IMG/VR virus record: IMGVR_UViG_3300023313_000004
Coordinates: 11,573 to 75,572 of that record
DNA length: 64,000 nucleotides
Strand: one strand, 5' to 3'
Origin: a virus
How positions within the stretch are numbered: the first letter of the stretch is position 1; every line of letters starts with the position of its first letter. Below the pieces are notes generated by a model. It did not search any database and had not been told where the DNA came from. It saw only the letters and a list, made by a program, of their open reading frames with translations. Of this stretch, positions 57,989-64,000 are shown piece by piece. Made by a program: the position numbers and the translations under genes.

Positions 57989-60259
57989 CTGTAGGGCTGG
58001 GTCTTTACAACTGGTATTATGCACTACTATACCATTAGCAACATAGGAGTGGTCGCCCTCTACAGTTATATCATACGTTTCATGCCGCCCATAGGGTTGT
58101 ACCTTGTGTACCCTCTCAGGCAAGAACCCCACCATGCTACCATCTCGTGACCCCGCTGTTTTATCCCCTAGAAGGGCTGCTCTCAAAGGAGCTAGGGCAT
58201 CATCTGCCGCACAACATAGATTAGACACCCAGTTGCAGCCTTTATCCCCATTTAGATGGTACACCCCTCCCCTAGGGTCTACATCTTCTGGTGCAAAGGT
58301 TTGATATACAAGGTCAGCTACCTTGTACACTTCATACTCCCACGCAGTAGTCCAGAGTAGTACTGTTGTATCCCCTGTTGGGGATATTACTTGGGGCAGT
58401 CCTAGGAAGTGCTTACGAGGGGAGGCTAGGCTCTTCTCTCTTATGATAACCCCTAGGGTAGAGATATAAAAGGGGTGTCCTGCTATAGGGAGCCACTCCT
58501 CTTTTGGTTCTGGGGTAAGGGTATAGGCATAGTCTCCTACCTCTAGGTTCCCTGCCTCTATCCAAGAAGGGGTACTCATTACTGGGTGGTTATGCGTCAC
58601 CACAACCTCTGAAGACCCCACCCCTAATAATAGGGTATCCTTAACACCATTAGTATGTGTCCCTACCATATCCATCCACCTAGCCTTATGCGTCCAAATC
58701 TGGAATGGCTCTCCTTCTTTAAACCTAGATATAAGGGTAGTCACCTCTACCTCCCCCTTGTTGGTAAGTATCTTCGTCCCGGCAATGACGCACCTACCTG
58801 TATCCGTACCCGAATCATCCGCCCCATTATATTCACCCTTATGCAACATATAGCTAGGATGAAACCTGTTATCAGAGCACAGGTGCTTATTAAACCCCAC
58901 AACATAGGTGCTCATAGTTTTACTGGCACTACCATGACGCTTCAATTCTTTAACGAAAGTTACTGCCTTAGGTTCATCCTTAAACATAAGGAAATGGTCT
59001 AGTGCCGTGGAAGGCTGCTTAGTTTTTTCTGTGAAGAGCTTTGGTGTTAGCCCTAGCCCTCTCGCCCCAAAGAAATAGTCCTTTAGTATCGCGGGGCGTA
59101 GGTCTAATTTGGCGGCATGTTTAAGACGTAACTTAACAGGGAATCTCTTAATCATACTCTCTGCTAGCCCCTCTAACTCAGCACATAATGAGCCTTTGAG
59201 CTCAGTTTGGCACTCTGTATCTAAGAGTACCCCCTCTACCTCCATAGCTAAGAAGGTCTCACTGCTTTTATGTAAGAGGCGGACATAAAAACGGGCTAAA
59301 AAAGGGTCGGCTAGTAACTCCGCTTTCAACTCATGGTACACCCTTAGGCAGGCATCTACATCTCCAGCAGAATAAACTAAGAAGTCATCATCAGGGATTA
59401 AATCCATCCGCCCCTTATCATAGGTATTGTTCATATTGGAGTCATACCCCCCCATGGAAGTATAAATCTTCGCATGGGTCTCTAGGCTATTCGACCTGTT
59501 CTCATCTAATAGTGACCCCACTAATGTAGTATCAAATACATAGTTATCGCAGTGGATGCCCCACTTATGGATAATCCAACGCATATCATATTTAAAATTT
59601 GCCCCCACTATTTTTACTCTGGGGTCTGTGAGCAGCCATTGAATCTGGTTCCACACCTCTTGGTGGGGTTGGGGTTGCCCCTCCTCACCTCTAAAGCGCA
59701 TAACACAGCCATACCCCACTCTGTGACTGAATTGAATAGCCTCAATCCATTTGTCATCCCTATAAGGAACTAAACCTATAGTTTCCGTATCACAGGCAAC
59801 AACGACTGCCTCCCCTGTGCGCTCATAGGTAGTAGTTATATCCTGTATTAGGGGCGCAAAGGAGGACACATACTCATAACTCCCTATAGTAGGGGATAAC
59901 GTCCCAGTACTCTCTAGTCGGTGCGCTAGTCTAATATCCCAAGTTACCCTAGATTTTTTAGTGTAGTCTACTGTTATCAGAAAAGGGTCAAAGGTCAGCA
60001 ACCACTGGCTGCCTTCCACTAAGGTAGCGGTCTCCCTAAGGGATTGGATAGCCCTGTTTTTAGGCACTAGACCTAGAGCCTTTAGCTTATCCAATATTTT
60101 GTTCCCCATGGCTAACACCACGCTGCCGCTAGGTATAGGGGGGAGGGGCTGTCCTTCAGTATAACTAAGGTACTCTACCTTTGCGCCACAACTTTTTACG
60201 GTGGGGGTCACATGCTCTCTTACCAAGGAGGCTTTAGCTCCTGTTATTATGTACATCAT
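57707..60259 (-). CDS. polA: DNA polymerase A N-terminal half (UDG-like remnant, 3'-5' exonuclease, intein, IntN)
   Basis: ExoI CDTET, ExoII NFKYD, ExoIII YSAGD, TGR[intein]TSCKDPALQ[IntN]. Confidence 0.92.
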   Translation of the reverse strand: MMYIITGAKASLVREHVTPTVKSCGAKVEYLSYTEGQPLPPIPSGSVVLAMGNKILDKLKALGLVPKNRAIQSLRETATLVEGSQWLLTFDPFLITVDYTKKSRVTWDIRLAHRLESTGTLSPTIGSYEYVSSFAPLIQDITTTYERTGEAVVVACDTETIGLVPYRDDKWIEAIQFSHRVGYGCVMRFRGEEGQPQPHQEVWNQIQWLLTDPRVKIVGANFKYDMRWIIHKWGIHCDNYVFDTTLVGSLLDENRSNSLETHAKIYTSMGGYDSNMNNTYDKGRMDLIPDDDFLVYSAGDVDACLRVYHELKAELLADPFLARFYVRLLHKSSETFLAMEVEGVLLDTECQTELKGSLCAELEGLAESMIKRFPVKLRLKHAAKLDLRPAILKDYFFGARGLGLTPKLFTEKTKQPSTALDHFLMFKDEPKAVTFVKELKRHGSASKTMSTYVVGFNKHLCSDNRFHPSYMLHKGEYNGADDSGTDTGRCVIAGTKILTNKGEVEVTTLISRFKEGEPFQIWTHKARWMDMVGTHTNGVKDTLLLGVGSSEVVVTHNHPVMSTPSWIEAGNLEVGDYAYTLTPEPKEEWLPIAGHPFYISTLGVIIREKSLASPRKHFLGLPQVISPTGDTTVLLWTTAWEYEVYKVADLVYQTFAPEDVDPRGGVYHLNGDKGCNWVSNLCCAADDALAPLRAALLGDKTAGSRDGSMVGFLPERVHKVQPYGRHETYDITVEGDHSYVANGIVVHNTSCKDPALQCMPGHTLVTTDLGAVPLLDVVEHVEGGLPMDVLTHTGIWEPITDVYRNGVQPLYEFVLEDGKKVQCTGNHPLLTTEGFVLAKDITADYTLMIK
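58016..58792 (-). mobile_element. Intein (259 aa) with NUMOD4/HNH-like insert
   Basis: CVIAG..VTHNHP..YDITV..VHN|T; internal EEWLPI..YISTLG and HLNGDKGCNWVSNL. Confidence 0.88.
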
Positions 60260-60301
60260 ATATTTATACCTCTGGTGGGGGTCTGCCCCTAATAATTGGG
60301 T

Positions 60302-60559
60302 TTACTGGTACAAATCTTCTCTAAGGATAGGTATGCTTCTGGGAGCCTTGATTATTAGTCTGGCAAGATTGGCTGTACCCCGCCCTGCTTTTAGCCCTAC
60401 ATGAGGAAGCACAGCTGTTACTTCCTCAGACCCTATAAGGATGTCAACGCCCCCCACTGTCACGGTAAATGCGCGAGCATCCTGTATATGTGATACTGTA
60501 ATAGGGGTGTCCCCTGCATAGAATACCTTATGCAATTTTAGTCCTAATACTAACGCCAT
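60302..60559 (-). CDS. CsrA-like protein
   Basis: C-terminal ARLIIKAPRSIPILREDLYQ resembles CsrA VRIGI.AP..V.VHREEIYQ; longer than CsrA. Confidence 0.5.
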   Translation of the reverse strand: MALVLGLKLHKVFYAGDTPITVSHIQDARAFTVTVGGVDILIGSEEVTAVLPHVGLKAGRGTANLARLIIKAPRSIPILREDLYQ

Positions 60560-60579
60560 CTGGCCACCTCTCGCTTATT

Positions 60580-61014
60580 CTATTTATCAGGAGGAGTAAC
60601 TCCTAATAGTTCCCTCGCCCTAGGGGTGAGTACCCATGTAGAGCCTCCGGGAAGCCCTCTTAGGTATGTTGTTCTAGTTATGAGCCCTCTACCACCTAGT
60701 ATCGTTAATTGTGTTGCTGTATCCCCAGAAGGACAAGACACTACATGGGCTACCTCAACGGTTCTAATGGGGTAGTTACGAGCCACTGCTAGGAGGCATT
60801 TGGATAGCATAGTGCCATCCCTAGGTATAGTAATGTTGTTATTACTATCGGGGGAGGGGACTATCACGTTCCCATGGAGGTCTACGGTGTATGCTACTTT
60901 CCTGTACCCACAGTAACAGTATAACCATACAACCACTCCCTCTATTTGGTACTCAGCCTCTCTCCCACACCCTTTAGGGCATTCCCCTGCGACATACTGG
61001 TTATCTACTATCAT
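60580..61014 (-). CDS. Zn-ribbon plus winged-helix protein
   Basis: CPKGC..CYCGY; wHTH-like C-terminal half ending GGSTWVLT. Confidence 0.55.
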   Translation of the reverse strand: MIVDNQYVAGECPKGCGREAEYQIEGVVVWLYCYCGYRKVAYTVDLHGNVIVPSPDSNNNITIPRDGTMLSKCLLAVARNYPIRTVEVAHVVSCPSGDTATQLTILGGRGLITRTTYLRGLPGGSTWVLTPRARELLGVTPPDK

Positions 61015-61070
61015 AGGCTACACTCCCTAACACTGGGAGGGCAAGATACCCTTTTGGGTGTTAAGTGCAA

Positions 61071-61241
61071 TTACCCTTTGGTGTGGGTGTCCCAGTAATA
61101 TAGGGGGTACGCGCAGATAGTTAGCCATATAGCTTTGAATTGTAGGACTAGGGCTAGTGAGTCGCTCTCAACAATAAAGCTTCCCACCCCTGAGGCCACA
61201 GTTATTATAGCGTATAAAGTATAGCGTAGCAGGATAGGCAT
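61071..61241 (-). CDS. Small membrane protein (56 aa)
   Basis: Manual translation MPILLRYTLYAIITV...DTHTKG; two hydrophobic segments. Confidence 0.45.
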   Translation of the reverse strand: MPILLRYTLYAIITVASGVGSFIVESDSLALVLQFKAIWLTICAYPLYYWDTHTKG

Positions 61242-61245
61242 ACCC

Positions 61246-62184
61246 TTACCCTCTTACCTGAGCTAGGTCATCTGAATAAAACCCCTCATGTGCCCCGTCC
61301 TGCCCTGTCGGAGTACCACCCCCCTCTAGGGATAGCATAATATCCATGACCTCTTCCCCCGTGAAGGTGTCTTGGGGGTTGTAAGAGAAGTAGTCCCAAA
61401 GTGCCTCTATGGTGTCCTCAGGCTCTAGGCTTGCTATACCGTACACCTCTTGGGTAGGGGCTACCTCGGATAACTCTTCCCAACGCACCCCAGTTGCAGC
61501 AGGGAGCAATACTTCTAGGAGATAAGTAGAATCTAACGTCTCCCTTTTTGAGTGCTCATTATAATACCCTACTGAAATGTTAGTATAATTGATAACTTTA
61601 TTAGAGAAGGACATGGAATCTGTTACTGAGCCTGTAGGGTCAGCTTCCCACACATGAGTAGAGGTCTTACCTAATTCCCTAGAGAGTGAGGACGTAAAAC
61701 TATCCGAGGCACAATTACCTGCTGCCATAGCTGTGATAATGGATGCAGTTCCTTTTCTATCGAAGGATATAGCTTGTTTGATTCCTGTCATATCTAGTGT
61801 CTCAGCTAGGAAGCCTGAGCCGATACACCCTACTTCCTCCTGTACACAAAAGGCATACACTCCTGCCACTCCCTGTTTAATAAGATGGAGCATGACTCTA
61901 ACACCTGCTTTATCATCAGCCCCTAACGCTCTCTGGGCACACCCCTCCCCTAGAGAGATAATACCTTGATTGTCCGTGTGTAGTACCACCTTTTCATGGT
62001 TATGTACTGAGTCCATGTGGGATAGGAATAGGGTCTTGGACACCCCTACCCTAATCACGAGGTTCTTTAGGGCATCTTCAGTGATATTAGCTGATGACCC
62101 TACTTCTCTTTTGATAATATCACTTACAGGTGTCTCATACCCTGCTGGTGTAGTGGTGGATAATAATTCTTGTAATAGCTTCAT
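61246..62184 (-). CDS. M20/M28/M42-family metallopeptidase
   Basis: SHMDSV, GADDKAG, QEEVG, SFDRKG, GYYNEH. Confidence 0.88.
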   Translation of the reverse strand: MKLLQELLSTTTPAGYETPVSDIIKREVGSSANITEDALKNLVIRVGVSKTLFLSHMDSVHNHEKVVLHTDNQGIISLGEGCAQRALGADDKAGVRVMLHLIKQGVAGVYAFCVQEEVGCIGSGFLAETLDMTGIKQAISFDRKGTASIITAMAAGNCASDSFTSSLSRELGKTSTHVWEADPTGSVTDSMSFSNKVINYTNISVGYYNEHSKRETLDSTYLLEVLLPAATGVRWEELSEVAPTQEVYGIASLEPEDTIEALWDYFSYNPQDTFTGEEVMDIMLSLEGGGTPTGQDGAHEGFYSDDLAQVRG

Positions 62185-62215
62185 AATAGGCTACCTCCGT
62201 GTAGTTTATACACCC

Positions 62216-62243
62216 ATTATAATCCCTTCCCTTCACTTGTCAA
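62216..62243 (-). promoter_or_regulatory. Sigma70-type promoter
   Basis: TTGACA-16 nt-TATAAT. Confidence 0.75.
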
Positions 62244-62246
62244 CTA

Positions 62247-62549
62247 CTATCTTTGTGTCTGTAGTTTTTTAGGAGGTACCCCTAGGAGTTCTCCAAGCTT
62301 AGCAGGGTACCTTCCCACCCTGCACTTAATTGCCTTCTGTCGTAGTCCCTCTAGCCTCACCTTTTCTGTCGGAGAAACAGACACCCCCCAGCTATGGGAG
62401 CAGGTGCTGCTCTTGCACTTCAGCCCCCTGAGGTATTCCTCTTGTCCTAATAGGTATACATGCCCATATGTGTATAGGCATAATGGGCATTTAACATACT
62501 CCCAGAATACTGGCTCCATCCTATAGTCAGGGTGTCCTCCTAATATCAT
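62247..62549 (-). CDS. Hypothetical Zn-finger protein
   Basis: CPLC..CKSSTC; ATG at 62549 forms an ATGA overlap. Confidence 0.5.
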   Translation of the reverse strand: MILGGHPDYRMEPVFWEYVKCPLCLYTYGHVYLLGQEEYLRGLKCKSSTCSHSWGVSVSPTEKVRLEGLRQKAIKCRVGRYPAKLGELLGVPPKKLQTQR

Positions 62550-62725
62550 AACGCCCCTCCTAATATAAGAAGCACTCCTATTGCCCCAACGTACCACCAC
62601 CCCTGTAACCCTTTGTACTCAGGAGTACTCCTTTTAGGGGGGCGGCAATACGTCAGTAATAATGCCGCCAATACGAATAAGGTTATACACCCCCACCCTG
62701 CGATACTACATACTGCACTTACCAT
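62546..62725 (-). CDS. Small two-TM membrane protein (59 aa)
   Basis: Manual translation MVSAVCSIAGW...LLILGGAL; AAGGAG RBS. Confidence 0.55.
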   Translation of the reverse strand: MVSAVCSIAGWGCITLFVLAALLLTYCRPPKRSTPEYKGLQGWWYVGAIGVLLILGGAL

Positions 62726-62803
62726 ATATACTCCTTACTACATATAATTATTTATGCCAAACTGACCAGAGGTTAATAGGAGGGAACGTCAATTCCTCCC
62801 ACC

Positions 62804-63004
62804 TTAAGTCTTCTTTACTTCGTTTAGGGTAAACATATCGCACTTTTGTAATGTAGTGCCTTGTAAGAACTCGCTACCGTCTATTAAGGGCAGCATATCC
62901 TGCCCCCTCCCCTCAGGGGCGTACCTCGCACAGGTATCCCGACTAGGGCAAGGAGCTATGGTGGCTGCACACCTCGCCATGACAAAAGGCAGCTTCTTTT
63001 TCAC
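62804..63004 (-). CDS. Small Cys-rich hypothetical protein
   Basis: MARC..CPSRDTCARY..C; GTGA overlap with thyX. Confidence 0.55.
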   Translation of the reverse strand: MKKKLPFVMARCAATIAPCPSRDTCARYAPEGRGQDMLPLIDGSEFLQGTTLQKCDMFTLNEVKKT

Positions 63005-63579
63005 TCTGGCTCCCCAAATACTGCGGGGCATTCTTTCTGTAAAACATCTTGTATCATATTGGCGAGTTTTTGTATCTCCCCCTGAGCAGCTCTGTCTGTG
63101 CGTTTAGGCATTAGTTCCGCCCACGCTCGGAAGTTGGCAGTCACTACAAACTCTGTATGGCAAGCATTGGGTAGCACCCCTCTTGCATCCTCTGGCTTAA
63201 CACCAATACTGATAAGGTTGTTATACGTTGTTTGCGCTGAGTGCATAGCTGCGATAAAAGCATTCTTTGCATCTGATGTTAAGCTATCTGGGATGGTGTA
63301 GGTAAACGGGTTTTCCTTGCAGTACCTCTGGCTTCTCACGCAAAAGCTTAAATGCCTATGCCGCGTTAGTTGCGCCAGTAACGCCCTTGTAACTCCCGAT
63401 ACATAGAAGGACGCACTAGCATGTTCTGTAATGCTATGATGCCCTTTATTTACGCAAGCTCGCACTAACTTAGCCGCGCTACCTTCCTTAATCTTGTCAT
63501 GGCTATCATAGCAAAGTCTTGCATCCCATTCGATATGTTCTAGGGCATTGGGGGTTATCCATCTCAGTTCTACTTTCAT
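63001..63579 (-). CDS. thyX: FAD-dependent thymidylate synthase
   Basis: GHHSITEH, RHRHLSFCVRSQRY, EDARGVLP, AQGEI. Confidence 0.96.
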   Translation of the reverse strand: MKVELRWITPNALEHIEWDARLCYDSHDKIKEGSAAKLVRACVNKGHHSITEHASASFYVSGVTRALLAQLTRHRHLSFCVRSQRYCKENPFTYTIPDSLTSDAKNAFIAAMHSAQTTYNNLISIGVKPEDARGVLPNACHTEFVVTANFRAWAELMPKRTDRAAQGEIQKLANMIQDVLQKECPAVFGEPE

Positions 63580-63650
63580 CTTTTTGTCCTTGTTTTATCT
63601 TTAATAGTCAATATCAGGTACCTTGGTCTATGTATTACCTAGTTATATTT

Positions 63651-63935
63651 CTAAATTCTTTCGTGCCTTCCGAAAGGTAATACTCTAACAACCACACTCT
63701 CGTTGCCTAACAAGTTTTGCCAATATTTAAGATACCGTGCCGAGCGTATTCTTCTATAAATATTAGAGCGGTAATATGTGTGTTCGCTGTTGGAGAATTT
63801 GACACAACGACTGCCAAAATCCCCGATTAGATATGTAGGGTTCTCACCTATAAACAGGATAGTCCTGTTTTCCACCTTTATACCATGCATAATTAACATC
63901 GTAGGAAAGAGAAATTTCTTTATTCCTTGTAGCAT
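63651..63935 (-). CDS. Hypothetical protein
   Basis: ORF with AGGAG RBS. Confidence 0.45.
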   Translation of the reverse strand: MLQGIKKFLFPTMLIMHGIKVENRTILFIGENPTYLIGDFGSRCVKFSNSEHTYYRSNIYRRIRSARYLKYWQNLLGNESVVVRVLPFGRHERI

Positions 63936-64000
63936 ACGTCTCTCCTATATTTTATGCTTCAGTATAACAATTTCATCCAATGGACTACGCTTCGCTTGCC

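Noticed and set aside
464-63301. Plus-strand ORFs in the track (e.g. 46390-47352, 54768-55457, 5156-5797)
   Set aside because: Almost all lie antisense to well-supported minus-strand genes and show no recognisable motifs; treated as shadow ORFs.
1-64000. tRNA/rRNA genes, integrase, repressor, tail sheath
   Set aside because: None recognised by eye. Intergenic spaces are short, and lifestyle cannot be determined from this window.

Overview
A 64 kb segment of a tailed dsDNA phage genome (Caudoviricetes, siphovirus-like). Spanins and sigma70 promoters point to a Gram-negative host. Essentially all real genes are on the minus strand and tightly coupled by ATGA/TAATG overlaps; the plus-strand ORFs are antisense shadows. 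In transcription order (right to left): thyX, peptidase, CsrA-like protein, a family-A DNA polymerase broken into two genes by a split intein and carrying a second HNH-type intein, portal/head/capsid, tail (tail-chaperone -1 frameshift, tape measure), fibre modules containing two sulfotransferases, lysis cassette, AAA+ ATPase, replication genes (initiator with iterons, loader, DnaB, dNMP kinase, CysC-like kinase, dUTPase, primase, SSB, intein-containing helicase), recombination genes (RecA, PD-(D/E)XK nucleases, RuvC), a structured intergenic element, a RuvC-less TnpB-like protein and the terminase, which runs off the left edge. Best leads: (1) a candidate phage sulfation system (APS kinase plus two sulfotransferases inside virion-fibre operons); (2) a split intein 9 residues from a second intein in PolA; (3) a nuclease-less TnpB-like protein in the terminase operon, downstream of a long RNA hairpin. 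All family calls come from motif recognition by eye, not database searches.
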